From Candidatus Thorarchaeota archaeon (GTDB lineage Archaea; Asgardarchaeota; Thorarchaeia; Thorarchaeales; Thorarchaeaceae), in assembly GCA_963726195.1 (NCBI GenBank), contig CAVSBO010000003.1, forward strand, positions 832,001-896,000: a stretch of DNA of 64,000 nt. Reading direction: 5' to 3'. The notes under the pieces were generated by a model. That model saw only the letters and a program-made list of their open reading frames with translations. It ran no database searches and was not told the origin of the DNA. The position numbers and the translations under genes are program-made. This document shows positions 31,295 to 41,335 of this stretch, one piece after another. Positions within the stretch are counted from its first letter, which is position 1, and each line of letters starts with the position of its first letter.

Positions 31295-31351
31295 TGAGCC
31301 TCGTCAGTGACAAGCCACAGGTCACATGATTTGATTGACATGACAGGATTC

Positions 31352-32430
31352 TCAGATTCCGAGAATGGGAAATACCAATTCCTTGACCTTTCGAACTGTT
31401 TCGCGCACGGTCATCCATATTTCTGCATCATCCTTGAAAGGCGGCTTTTGCTTGGGAGGAGAATACTTGCGACCTGACAAGCACGGATATGACCGTGGCC
31501 ACACCCCAGCACAAAGAGTCTGGATGGTACCCTCCGCCCGTCACTACTCCAAGTCGACCGTCACTCCACTTGTGTGCTGCATTGTGTATTCTCTCTGCGA
31601 TGTATCTTATCATCGTCGTCGTCAGTTTGAGGTGCGCTAGGCGATCCAGGTAATGTGCATCAAAGCCGGGCAGAAACAGGATGAACTGAGGACGAAAGAA
31701 ATCGACCAGCTTCGGGACCAGCTCGTCAAAGGCATATCTGTATACTCCATCGCCCGCGTCCATCGGAAATGGCATATTGATGTTGTAGCCGGAGCCACGA
31801 CCAGAACCGACCTCGTTCACGTACCCTTCGTGAGGGTACATCCATTCAGGATCCTCATGGAAAGAGATGACCATGACCTCCGGATCGTCGTAGAAGTACG
31901 CTTGGTCCCCATTTCCGTGGTGGACATCGAAATCCGCGACAAGTATTCGATTCAGACCATTCTGTTTGAGCTCGCTAACAGCGGCCGCGATATCATTGAA
32001 AACACAGAAGCCACCACCCTTATCGAACTTGGCGTGATGAAAGCCGCCGGTGGGAGACATAAAGTGCTCCACGCGTCCCGACATGATTGAGTGGACTCCA
32101 GTGACGGTAGCACCGGACAAAACTAGAGCATTCTCGTATATTCCTCTGAAACCCGGCGTGTCTATGTCAATCTCACCTTGGCCGGTCTCAGAAATCGTTC
32201 TGACCTTCTCAATGTATTCGGAGGAATGCACGCGCTCGAGAATGGGCACAGGAAGAGACTCTGCTTGTCAGCTCAGTTACGTTCTGAGATGCAAGCAGCC
32301 CGGCCGAATCCAAGAAATCCCTGATCATTCTGAAACGCCCGGGTCTCAATGGGTGCCGGTCACCATAGTCAAAACTGTCGAAGACCGGGCTCCACATGAA
32401 GCCGACTTGGCAGTCTCTCCTCGGGATCAC
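31352..32430 (-). CDS. Histone deacetylase/AcuC-family protein, two frameshifts
   Basis: HPLRPGR (upstream frame), GGFHHA, GFCVFND, DFDVHHGNG, GFDAH, GGGY; C-terminus continues in another frame to 31352. Confidence 0.85.
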
Positions 32431-32542
32431 ACACCGCCACCATTCCAGCTTTTGGTAAGCTTCGGAATCACGCGTACTAATGGATGCCGATTTGAGTGTC
32501 AGTGTTGTGTGACGCAAACGGAATGTTAGTGCCTAAATTGCA

Positions 32543-33652
32543 CTACCCGTTAGGTGCAATTACCGCCTTGACCGAAATCAGCTTCTCTTGAGCTTCCAGT
32601 GCCTTCTGCGCATCGCGAAGCGGGAACCGATGAGTGACAATCTTCTCGAATGGGAACCGATCGTAGTTTTCAGCAATGGTCTTGATGGCCCTGTAGACAT
32701 GAATTGTTTCCGTGCCCCAGACTGTTCTGATGTCCAAGTGCTTTCGATTCATCAGGTGCGGTCTCACCTCCACAGTCCCGCTGTCAGTGTACTGGCCACA
32801 AATCGTGTACGTGCCACCCTCACGCACAAGTTCTATTCCCTCTGGAATGGCTTTGGCGGCGCCAGTCGCCTCATAGACTATGTCAGGCCCATGACCATTC
32901 GTAATATCTCGAAGGAAGCTCTTCCGGTCTTCGAGAGTGCCCTCACGTATGTTGAGGGTGTGGGTAGCTCCGAACTGTTCTGCAAGCTCCAGACGGTTTG
33001 GAGCCTGATCAATCGACGTGACTGTCCTAGCCCCATTCACCTTGGCGATCATCGCAATCATTAGGCCAACTGGTCCAGCGCCCTGTACTGCAACATTGGC
33101 TCCCCATGTGAGTGGGCTCCTAGTGGCGGCGTGCACCGCAGTCGGCAGGGCGCAACCTGCTGATATTGCCCCATTGAAACTCACATTCTCAGGAATGCTC
33201 ATCATGTGAGTGCCAGGCGTGAGGTACATGTACTCACTGTAGCCTCCAATCAGGAACGGGAACTTACTCGAGTCACGCGTTATTCCGTAGACCTCTCGAT
33301 TGGGGCACTTGGTTGGCGCCTTGGCGACAAGACAATTCCAGCAAGAGTAACAGGTTTTCGTGACATCGTGAAACGTGACCCTATCGCCAATCTCTATCTG
33401 CCGACCATCAAGATCCCTGATTTGTCCGGAGCCCATGTCCTCGACGGTCCCTACTACCTCATGACCGAGTATGAGTGGATAGGGTACGCCGGTGAGCTTT
33501 CCATGCCAGAGATGAACATCGGTGCCGCAGACACCAGCGTTTGCAACTTTCAACAAGATGGAACCCGGTACAAGCTCGGGAATCTCAAAGTCCTTGATAA
33601 TAAGAGGGTCATTGGGTTTGGGTACTACTGCCGCTTTGCTGTGACGAGTCAT
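32543..33652 (-). CDS. Zinc-dependent alcohol dehydrogenase (MDR family)
   Basis: GVCGTDVH, GHE, CxxCxxC...C, GAGPVG. Confidence 0.92.
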   Translation of the reverse strand: MTRHSKAAVVPKPNDPLIIKDFEIPELVPGSILLKVANAGVCGTDVHLWHGKLTGVPYPLILGHEVVGTVEDMGSGQIRDLDGRQIEIGDRVTFHDVTKTCYSCWNCLVAKAPTKCPNREVYGITRDSSKFPFLIGGYSEYMYLTPGTHMMSIPENVSFNGAISAGCALPTAVHAATRSPLTWGANVAVQGAGPVGLMIAMIAKVNGARTVTSIDQAPNRLELAEQFGATHTLNIREGTLEDRKSFLRDITNGHGPDIVYEATGAAKAIPEGIELVREGGTYTICGQYTDSGTVEVRPHLMNRKHLDIRTVWGTETIHVYRAIKTIAENYDRFPFEKIVTHRFPLRDAQKALEAQEKLISVKAVIAPNG

Positions 33653-33847
33653 ACAATCACTGCTTGCAGTCTTCGCAATCGACCCTAATATAACGCCTAT
33701 TATTTGACACATACCAACTTCGCGGGCACAACAATGCAGACACGGCATAGTTCCGTTTGCGTGACACGGTACATTCTCACTTAACGATAGTTTTATAAGG
33801 TACTAAGCAGACCAATTAGTGATTAACAATAGTTAGGAGAGCACCAT

Positions 33848-34090
33848 ATGAAGAAGAACGAGCCCGCAGAGACATTGGATTGTGTGGGGTTGTTTTGTCC
33901 GCAGCCGCTATTCCAGACCAGAGAAGCTATTGACAAGCTTCGGGTAGGAGAGATACTAGAAGTTCTGGCCGATGATCCTGCGGCTGAAGAGGACTTGAAG
34001 CGATTTGTCAAGAGAACTGAGAATGAGCTAGTCCTCTACGAGAAGACGGAAGATGGTGTTCATAGGTTTCTTATCAGAAGGAAAAAGTAG
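33848..34090 (+). CDS. tusA: TusA-family sulfur carrier
   Basis: LDCVGLFCPQP, LEVLADDP. Confidence 0.9.
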   Translation: MKKNEPAETLDCVGLFCPQPLFQTREAIDKLRVGEILEVLADDPAAEEDLKRFVKRTENELVLYEKTEDGVHRFLIRRKK

Positions 34091-34100
34091 GGGATTGAAA

Positions 34101-34475
34101 ATGAGCAAGAAGACAACGAGTAAGAAGAGCATTCTGTACGTCCAAACGAGCGATAGTCCTGAGAGACAATACTCTCCGCTTGTGCTGGCTCAGAGTGCAA
34201 AGGCAATGAATATTGATGCGAAGGTATACTATCTTGGAATGGGCCTCAAGATTCTGAAGCCTGGTGCAGCCGAGAAGATCAAACTGGGTAGCTTTCCTAG
34301 TGTTCTTGACATGATCAACCAGACTCTGAAGGCTGGTATCCCCATCTATGTCTGTGAAGCATCGAAACAAATGCTTGGATGGGACAAAGTCGAACTGATA
34401 CCCGGGGTCAAGATAGTAGGTGCCGCTACATTAAATGACCTCGCATTAGAAGCGGACGCAACAATGTGGTTCTAG
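34101..34475 (+). CDS. DsrE/DsrF-family protein
   Basis: IYVCEAS, VKIVGAATL; sits in the sulfur-relay operon. Confidence 0.8.
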   Translation: MSKKTTSKKSILYVQTSDSPERQYSPLVLAQSAKAMNIDAKVYYLGMGLKILKPGAAEKIKLGSFPSVLDMINQTLKAGIPIYVCEASKQMLGWDKVELIPGVKIVGAATLNDLALEADATMWF

Positions 34476-34495
34476 GCGAAGGAGGTTTGGGGGAT

Positions 34496-35665
34496 ATGGA
34501 CGAAGTTTACCTTGACTACCAATCGTCAAAGCCTGTTGACCCAAGGGTCATAGATGAGATGATGCCCTATTTCCATGACCTGTTCGGAAACCCCTCATCT
34601 CTACACAAGGTCGGTGACACTGCAACTGATGCCCTTGAGGACAGCAGGAAGCGGATTGCAGCGTTTATCCATGCAGATCCGGACGACATTGTGTTCACTT
34701 CAGGCGCAACCGAATCAATCAACCTAGCTCTCATGGGCTTTGCTCTCAAGAACAAGAAGAAAGGAAATCATATCATCATTTCCGAAGTCGAACATATCTC
34801 AATCCACAACATAGCCAAGTATCTCGCCTCTCAAGGCTTTGAGATTACGAAGGTGCCTGTAGATCAGTATGGGAGAGTTCACGTGGACAAGCTTGAGCGC
34901 AAATTGAGAGATAGTACCATCCTCATTTCCATTGGCTATGCCAGCAGTGAGATAGGCACGATTCAGCCAATAGCAGAGATAGGGAAGATTGCGAAGGAGA
35001 AAGGCATCGCATTTCACACGGATGCTGTAGCCGCCGAGGGGTTGGTGGACCTCGATGTTAATCGGGACAACATTGACCTAATGTCACTCTCCTCGAATGA
35101 TATCTATGGTCCCAAGGGTGTCGGAATCCTGTACATGAGGAAAGGATTCAGGGTCAACCCGATTATGATAGGCGGTGGACAGGAGAGAGGACTAAGGTCT
35201 GGTACCGAAGACATCCCAGGGATTGTCGGTATGCGGGCTGCAGCCGAGATCATGAGTAGTGAGATGGACTCTGAAGTCGCTCGCTTCAAGACATATCGTG
35301 ACAAAGTAATCAAGCACGTGCTTGCAGATGTGCCGGATAGCCACCTGAACGGCCACCCAACGGAGCGTCTAGCCAGCAATGCCCACTTCAGGTTTGACGG
35401 TATTGAGGGCGAATCAATATTGCTCTCTCTGAAAGACAAGGGTATCGCAGTGGCTACAGGTTCTGCCTGTTCGTCCAAGACACTAGAACCCTCTCATACT
35501 TTGATAGCAACCGGTCTCGTACACGAGGAGGCTCATGGTTCACTTGAGCTGACCTTTGGACGATTCAACGTTGACAGCGACGTGGACAGAGTAATTGAAG
35601 CAATACCGGGGGTTGTCTCTCACTTGAGAACGATTTCTCCGATTTACACTTGCAAAGGAAGGTGA
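34496..35665 (+). CDS. iscS: Cysteine desulfurase (IscS/NifS type)
   Basis: YLDY, FGNPSS, FTSGATES, FHTDA, RSGT, ATGSACSS. The usual SxHK PLP lysine reads SSND here. Confidence 0.85.
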   Translation: MDEVYLDYQSSKPVDPRVIDEMMPYFHDLFGNPSSLHKVGDTATDALEDSRKRIAAFIHADPDDIVFTSGATESINLALMGFALKNKKKGNHIIISEVEHISIHNIAKYLASQGFEITKVPVDQYGRVHVDKLERKLRDSTILISIGYASSEIGTIQPIAEIGKIAKEKGIAFHTDAVAAEGLVDLDVNRDNIDLMSLSSNDIYGPKGVGILYMRKGFRVNPIMIGGGQERGLRSGTEDIPGIVGMRAAAEIMSSEMDSEVARFKTYRDKVIKHVLADVPDSHLNGHPTERLASNAHFRFDGIEGESILLSLKDKGIAVATGSACSSKTLEPSHTLIATGLVHEEAHGSLELTFGRFNVDSDVDRVIEAIPGVVSHLRTISPIYTCKGR

Positions 35666-35672
35666 TGTTAGA

Positions 35673-36452
35673 ATGAAGTCAACGCAATACAGCGAGAAAG
35701 TATTGGATCATTTCCGCAACCCGAGGAACGTTGGAACCCTAGAAGGTGATGACGTGGCCTCTGGTGTAGTAGGTAACCCCATCTGCGGTGACTTGATGGA
35801 GGTTTTCATCAGAGTCAAGGATGACAGGATCGTAGAGGCCAAGTTTAGAACATTCGGGTGCGGGTCAGCAATTGCCACCAGCAGCATGACAACAGAGATG
35901 GTCAAGGGTATGACTCTCGATGAAGCGATGCAAGTAACGAGGGAAAATGTAGCATCAGAGCTCGAAGGTCTTCCACCTATCAAGATGCACTGTTCGAACC
36001 TTGCGGCTGACGCTCTGCACGAGGCAATCAAGAACTATCGCGCGAAAATGGCAGGTGAGCCGCTTGCTGAAAGGAATTATTCAGCTGAACCGACAGAATG
36101 TGCCATTGGAAGAGATCAGTTCCTAGGCAAGGGTGTGTATGTCTCAGCAGAAGACCCGAAGGAGTTCAAAGACAAGCGAGTGCTCGTCGTCCACACTGGT
36201 GACAAATCTATTGAAACAGCGATTCGACTTGCCGCATATAGTGGGCGGGTTGTGCTTTCCACACCTGATAAGGACATTCAGACCACCAAGGTTCTGAAGC
36301 AGAAACTTGCCAGGTCGAAGGTGAAGGTTCTGTACGAGTCCCGTCTTATAGAGATACGGGGAGACGAGGAAGTTGAAAGAGCCTATATGCATAATCTCAG
36401 CGAGGACGAGAAGTACGAGCTCTATGTAGATGCAGTAGTTCTCTCTGAGTGA
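35673..36452 (+). CDS. iscU: IscU/NifU scaffold fused to a thioredoxin-reductase-like C-terminal segment
   Basis: DHFRNPRNVG, NPICGD, TFGCGSAIA, KMHCSNL; then FLGKGV...FKDKRVLVV...EIRGDEEVE...LYVDAV. Confidence 0.85.
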   Translation: MKSTQYSEKVLDHFRNPRNVGTLEGDDVASGVVGNPICGDLMEVFIRVKDDRIVEAKFRTFGCGSAIATSSMTTEMVKGMTLDEAMQVTRENVASELEGLPPIKMHCSNLAADALHEAIKNYRAKMAGEPLAERNYSAEPTECAIGRDQFLGKGVYVSAEDPKEFKDKRVLVVHTGDKSIETAIRLAAYSGRVVLSTPDKDIQTTKVLKQKLARSKVKVLYESRLIEIRGDEEVERAYMHNLSEDEKYELYVDAVVLSE

Positions 36453-36544
36453 GAAACTGCTGTTACAGTAGAACCGGATCCGGCTTCTTCCGGGTCCGGT
36501 CCTAACACTCAATCCTCTTTTTTGACAGAAGGAATCCACTGGCG

Positions 36545-36967
36545 CTAAGCCAGTACAGTCACTACGGGGAGCTGCACGCGGCGAATGATTTCCTCGGTGA
36601 CACTCTTCGATAACCGCCTGCGTCTTTTTCTGCGCTTTAACATGAAAAGCATCGAGTAACGGGGATCCTGTGCCTCCTCAACAATCGCATCCTTCACGTG
36701 TCTTGCCACGGCGATCTTGATCTGTACGCGGTATCCTTGCTTAGATAGCCAGTCTGAAAGGGGTTTAATCTTTGCCTCTGCAGCGGCTACGAGGTCTTTC
36801 ATATCGTCTGTGTCAAGAGGAGTAGAGATGGGCGTTTCAATTACATGAAAAAGAGTCAGCGCTTTAGTCTGGAATTTCAGAAGAGGAAGCATCGCCGCCA
36901 CCATGTCGGAATAAGCGATGTCTCCGGAATATGGAATCAGGACATAATCTCGGGTACCTTCTTCCAC
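36545..36967 (-). CDS. Universal stress protein
   Basis: VLIPY, LFHVIE, SVTEEIIRRVQLPVVTV. Confidence 0.8.
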   Translation of the reverse strand: MEEGTRDYVLIPYSGDIAYSDMVAAMLPLLKFQTKALTLFHVIETPISTPLDTDDMKDLVAAAEAKIKPLSDWLSKQGYRVQIKIAVARHVKDAIVEEAQDPRYSMLFMLKRRKRRRRLSKSVTEEIIRRVQLPVVTVLA

Positions 36968-36986
36968 CAGTAGAGTTCAGCCCCCT

Positions 36987-37253
36987 TCATTCATCAACAA
37001 CTTCACCGTCTTTCTTGTGCACATACATTACAACGCTTGATACTGTGCTCTTTATTCCCGGTATCTTGAGAATGTTGTTTTTCAGAATGTTGCGGAACTG
37101 CATCACATCATCGGCCTCGAGAATAGCGATGATGTCCGCCTCCCCGGTTACCTCAAAGACATCTATGACTTCAGGGATATCCGTAAGCCCATGTGCGACT
37201 TCCTCAAGGTTAGACTCGACGTACACGCTTAGGATGATTCGAATACCAGGCAT
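36987..37253 (-). CDS. Stand-alone Lrp/AsnC ligand-binding (RAM) domain protein
   Basis: IPEVIDVFEVTGEADII...IPGIKST. Confidence 0.85.
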   Translation of the reverse strand: MPGIRIILSVYVESNLEEVAHGLTDIPEVIDVFEVTGEADIIAILEADDVMQFRNILKNNILKIPGIKSTVSSVVMYVHKKDGEVVDE

Positions 37254-39169
37254 TATTTTCTAACCACCATTATCTTCCCAGGAGCAACAGAAGAAACCAG
37301 CGTCACGATGTCCTCTTCGTCCTTTTTATGTGCTTTCTTAAAGCCCTTCCTCAAGGGGAGAACCACGAAGTCGTACTCGGGCGAGAGGACTGCATCAGTT
37401 ATCACGCGTGCCAACGGGCCAACCTCAACACGGGCCGTGGCCTCGAACCCATATCCCGAGAGAGCCCGCGCCATGTCCTTTAGGTCGAGCAACGTTAGCT
37501 CTCGATACTGGTCGGCCATGGCCAGAGGGATATGCCAGCGGCCGGTACGAATTACACTCATCAACGTCAGGCGGAACTGAGTGCTCAGGCTACCCCTGAT
37601 AGAGTCAACTACCTCCTCCCTCTCCTCGGGGCGGATCAAGACGAGCGCATTGAACTTGTACGCCATGGGTTTTATCGAGCGTCCAGTTTCTTTTGAGAAG
37701 AGGGACTTGTGAAGTCCATGGCGATAAATCACGTATGCTAGCACCCCAAAAGTGATCCACGCTACACCCAAGACCCTTCCCATCGGATGAAAGATCATGA
37801 CAAGGGTCCAAATGGACAAGCATGCACCCATGCCAACGACACCCGACACGGGGATCCTGTACGACCGGCCATGCCGGCCAATCTTGAAGTTCAAGGGCAC
37901 TTCCCATGAACGATGGGTGTCCTTGTCCGTCTGTCGTAGCACAATCAAAGACGCATTGACAAGAAAATAGGAAAGCAACGCTCCGAAGTTATAGAGGTCT
38001 GCAACCCAGTCAAGCTGCCCAACGAGTGCCATGATTCCTCCAATCATGCCGAAAATGACAATGGTCCGGACAGGCGTCCTTGTCCTACGATTGATTTTCG
38101 AGAACCAGCGCGGCACGAGACCAAAACGGCCCATCGAGAAGACAATCCTTGACACACCGATTACTCCGGTGTTTGCTGAGACCAGGCAAATCGCGAAACC
38201 AGCACCCGCAACCACTGGCACTATGTAGGGGCCTATGATGGCGAACGAGCCCGCAAGGGTACTAATCGGGTTTGCCAGATGAGCAGCCAGCACATCCCAA
38301 GGGAGTATCCCCATGCTAAGGACCGATAGCCCCACTGCGAAAACCAAGACTGATATGACCGACATCTTGGTAGCCCGAGGGATTGTCCTGTCTGGTCTCT
38401 TGGTCTCCTCGGCAGCCTGAGCTATAGACTCTATGCCTATGAACGAACTCATTGCAAGAGTGATGGCGTACAGTAGATTCTGTGTGTTCAGACTCAATCC
38501 GGGCACGTACGATATGTGACTGAATGCCTCAGGGGCGCCAACCACAGAAAGCTGAAGCAGGAATAGGTTGAGGTGAAAAGCGACGAACAACCCCACAATC
38601 GCAACAAGCGACAGCACAACTAAACTCAGGCTCACCATCACCATGTTGAGCCTAGATGATTCCTTGATGCCGATAATATTGACACATATGAGAGCCACAA
38701 CAATGGCGAAAGATGTCAGACCCATGGCGCTAAGAGTGACCTGAAAGCCTAGGACTCCAAGGGTAACGTATGTGTAGGGATTCAGCCAAGGGATGAAAAA
38801 GCTCAGGTAGCCTGTTGTTGCTATTGAGAAAAGAGCCAGATCCACTGTATAGTCTAGCATTACGAGCCAGCCGGCCGCGAAACCAGCAAAGTCATTGAAT
38901 GCTTTCATCGCGTAGACATGGGCACCGCCAGCATACGGATATGCTGTGGCTAGTTCGGCATATGCAAGACCACTCGCGACATAAGTGACGGACGCAATGA
39001 GAAAGGCTATGGGGGTCCATCCTGCGGCATACGCAGCCACCAAGCCAAGAGCAAGATAGATGTCAGCGCCTACATCTGCATAGCCCATTGCAAAAGAGCC
39101 GTACCAACCTACGTCCCGTTTGAGGGTTACACTTGTACCTCCTGCTGAGGAATCTCGGTTGGTTGTCAT
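37253..39169 (-). CDS. APC-family amino acid permease with C-terminal USP-like domain
   Basis: DVGADIY, YAELATAYPYAGG, GIESIAQAAEE, SRIVFSM, LYNFG. Confidence 0.88.
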   Translation of the reverse strand: MTTNRDSSAGGTSVTLKRDVGWYGSFAMGYADVGADIYLALGLVAAYAAGWTPIAFLIASVTYVASGLAYAELATAYPYAGGAHVYAMKAFNDFAGFAAGWLVMLDYTVDLALFSIATTGYLSFFIPWLNPYTYVTLGVLGFQVTLSAMGLTSFAIVVALICVNIIGIKESSRLNMVMVSLSLVVLSLVAIVGLFVAFHLNLFLLQLSVVGAPEAFSHISYVPGLSLNTQNLLYAITLAMSSFIGIESIAQAAEETKRPDRTIPRATKMSVISVLVFAVGLSVLSMGILPWDVLAAHLANPISTLAGSFAIIGPYIVPVVAGAGFAICLVSANTGVIGVSRIVFSMGRFGLVPRWFSKINRRTRTPVRTIVIFGMIGGIMALVGQLDWVADLYNFGALLSYFLVNASLIVLRQTDKDTHRSWEVPLNFKIGRHGRSYRIPVSGVVGMGACLSIWTLVMIFHPMGRVLGVAWITFGVLAYVIYRHGLHKSLFSKETGRSIKPMAYKFNALVLIRPEEREEVVDSIRGSLSTQFRLTLMSVIRTGRWHIPLAMADQYRELTLLDLKDMARALSGYGFEATARVEVGPLARVITDAVLSPEYDFVVLPLRKGFKKAHKKDEEDIVTLVSSVAPGKIMVVRK

Positions 39170-39340
39170 GGCTCCATCGCCACCGTAGTACCGATGTCAG
39201 TTTCTCACGGACCTTCGAGTGCTTTCCCGGTGTGGATTGAGAACAAGCGTGGTAGTAGATTCCCGCTCGTATGAAACGCTACTTCTGAAAGTTGCCCTTT
39301 TGAACTGCTCGCTATGTAGTGTCGAGGGCAGAAAGTGCCG

Positions 39341-40555
39341 CTACTGTGGACTCTCTGACAAAGCTCTGTCACTATGCTGGTTCCTAGAAATTCGTTCCAT
39401 CCGGTGCAGACCGGGAGTGTTAAGGACTGTGATGAAGGAGAGCACTACAAGTATCAAGAGAATGACTGGTAGTTTGAGCCCCGCATTCAACAGAATCGCA
39501 ATCATGAATGAGCCCACCATGATCCCTCCGTCCATACCTGCAGAGTATGTGGCCATCGCTCGGGCTTGCTCACTCTCCGGGACAACCAGAGATGCAAGAG
39601 CATTCAATGCAACGTTGGCCAGTGACAGACCGATTCCCAGCGCACAGGCTGAGATGACATACGTGACATACTCAGTGCCAACGGCCGCCATCAACAGCCC
39701 GATGGCCATGCAACAACATCCAATAGCGCTCATCATTCCGTGACCCCTTCTGTCAGACAGTGAACCGCCAACAGCGTAACCCACGACCATAGAACCTGCA
39801 AACCATGTGAAGTAGAGCCCGGAGTTGGCTACGGCATGCATGACGGCAATCGAAGGCGAGTAGCTTAGCACTGCACCGAATCCGAAGGACAGAACGAATA
39901 TCGACAGGCTGGGTCTCAGTGCGGCTCGACTAACGAACCCACCGGAACGAGGTGTGTCCGAAGACTGCTTCTCGTGGCTACCTCGCCAGATTACGACAGC
40001 GATAGCCACAGCTACCACGCTGATAGTACATGTCATCGCGAACAAGAGATTGTATGCTTCACGGGTATCCACCAACACGATGGCACTTCCGACAGCAGGA
40101 AACACCATCATCGCGAATGAGTTCACACCATTATAGTAACCAAGGCCCTCGCCAACACGAGACGGAGGAGACCTTTGGACAACGGCTGTCATAATAGCAA
40201 CGGTTCCTAGAGCCCAAGACACTCCGTGGAATACCCTGAGCACATATATGTCAATAATCGCGCTTACTGCCGCATAGCTGATGAATACAACTGAGAGCAT
40301 CACTTGCCCCAATGCAAGCATTAGAGTCACGCTGGTCCGCTCAATGATTTTTCCTGACACGAATCTGAACAAGAACGCAGTCCCGGTGAAGATACCAAAG
40401 GAGACGCCTAGTGCAATCTGGTCTCCGGAGACAAAGAGCACGAAACCCTGCAACGCGGAGAGAATAGAGTTATGCGCTGTGAACATGAAAAATGACAGAA
40501 CCAGAACAATCGCCAGTGGCCCAGGAATGGACAGTCTTCGTGTCAACATCAACAC
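39341..40555 (-). CDS. MFS transporter
   Basis: About 12 TM segments, GSLSDRRG, LRVFHG. Confidence 0.85.
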   Translation of the reverse strand: MLMLTRRLSIPGPLAIVLVLSFFMFTAHNSILSALQGFVLFVSGDQIALGVSFGIFTGTAFLFRFVSGKIIERTSVTLMLALGQVMLSVVFISYAAVSAIIDIYVLRVFHGVSWALGTVAIMTAVVQRSPPSRVGEGLGYYNGVNSFAMMVFPAVGSAIVLVDTREAYNLLFAMTCTISVVAVAIAVVIWRGSHEKQSSDTPRSGGFVSRAALRPSLSIFVLSFGFGAVLSYSPSIAVMHAVANSGLYFTWFAGSMVVGYAVGGSLSDRRGHGMMSAIGCCCMAIGLLMAAVGTEYVTYVISACALGIGLSLANVALNALASLVVPESEQARAMATYSAGMDGGIMVGSFMIAILLNAGLKLPVILLILVVLSFITVLNTPGLHRMERISRNQHSDRALSESPQ

Positions 40556-40646
40556 TTTCCGGCGTTCTTGCAGCTCGTGTCAATCATGTAGCGCTCAAAG
40601 TCATATGAGGAATGCATCTGGGGAACAGATGGAATAGATAAAACAA

Positions 40647-41201
40647 CTAGCGAAGGGCTCTTGACTTCATGCCAAGCATCTTTTGCTTTACGAAGTCCCT
40701 AGCCTCACCCCTTGTCTTGAACTTCTCAATGTCAGTCTTGTACTTCTCTCGAATAATCTCCTGCTGGAAGTATACATAAACTGCGTCGTACACAGGAAAC
40801 TCACATTCGAGGCTCTCTTGGTCGGACTTAGTTAGTAACGGAACGCCGGTACCAACTATTTCCAGCACCCAGGCACGAGGCTCCTTCTGGATGCCATCGG
40901 TGTCCGCCGCGCGCACGAGTTTCCTCACCCTTTCGAGCGCCTCGTCGTCTTGCAGTTTGTATTTCTCGACGATTGCGTCGAACGTACAATGATCTTCGTT
41001 GCCGCATTTGTGGTGGTCGAACTCGGCGCCTCCCCCCATGTCAAACTGAATGGCGCCCGTCTTCTTGGAGAATTCGGGCACATCAGCCTTCGGCAGGAAA
41101 ACGAACTGTGCTCTAGCATCAATGAATCTCTTGATCAGCCATGGACATGCGACCCTGTCGACATGAACATTCTCTCTTGTCACCCACAGCAATGCCCGCA
41201 C
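40647..41201 (-). CDS. ChrB-domain (chromate resistance) protein
   Basis: WVTRENVHVDRVACPWLIKRFID, CTFDAI, VRAADT. Confidence 0.85.
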   Translation of the reverse strand: MRALLWVTRENVHVDRVACPWLIKRFIDARAQFVFLPKADVPEFSKKTGAIQFDMGGGAEFDHHKCGNEDHCTFDAIVEKYKLQDDEALERVRKLVRAADTDGIQKEPRAWVLEIVGTGVPLLTKSDQESLECEFPVYDAVYVYFQQEIIREKYKTDIEKFKTRGEARDFVKQKMLGMKSRALR

Positions 41202-41335
41202 CTAGCAAGCGCCAATGAGGTCGCCTTATAGGCGTGACTGGCACGAGCCGCTCGACGGCAGGAGTTGGCATTTCCCGTGTTCAGTGAGTATGAGTGCGCC
41301 GAGTCATCCACAGCGCACTCAGGAACCAAGCATCT

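Noticed and set aside
23785-31400. Type V CRISPR-Cas locus (Cas12-like plus Cas4-like)
   Set aside because: No repeat-spacer array and no cas1/cas2 seen. The nuclease ends directly at a transposon end, and the flank resumes the MTase gene.
39170-39340. Riboswitch upstream of the APC-USP permease
   Set aside because: I could not match c-di-AMP, fluoride or other consensus elements by eye; an Rfam/Infernal scan would be needed.
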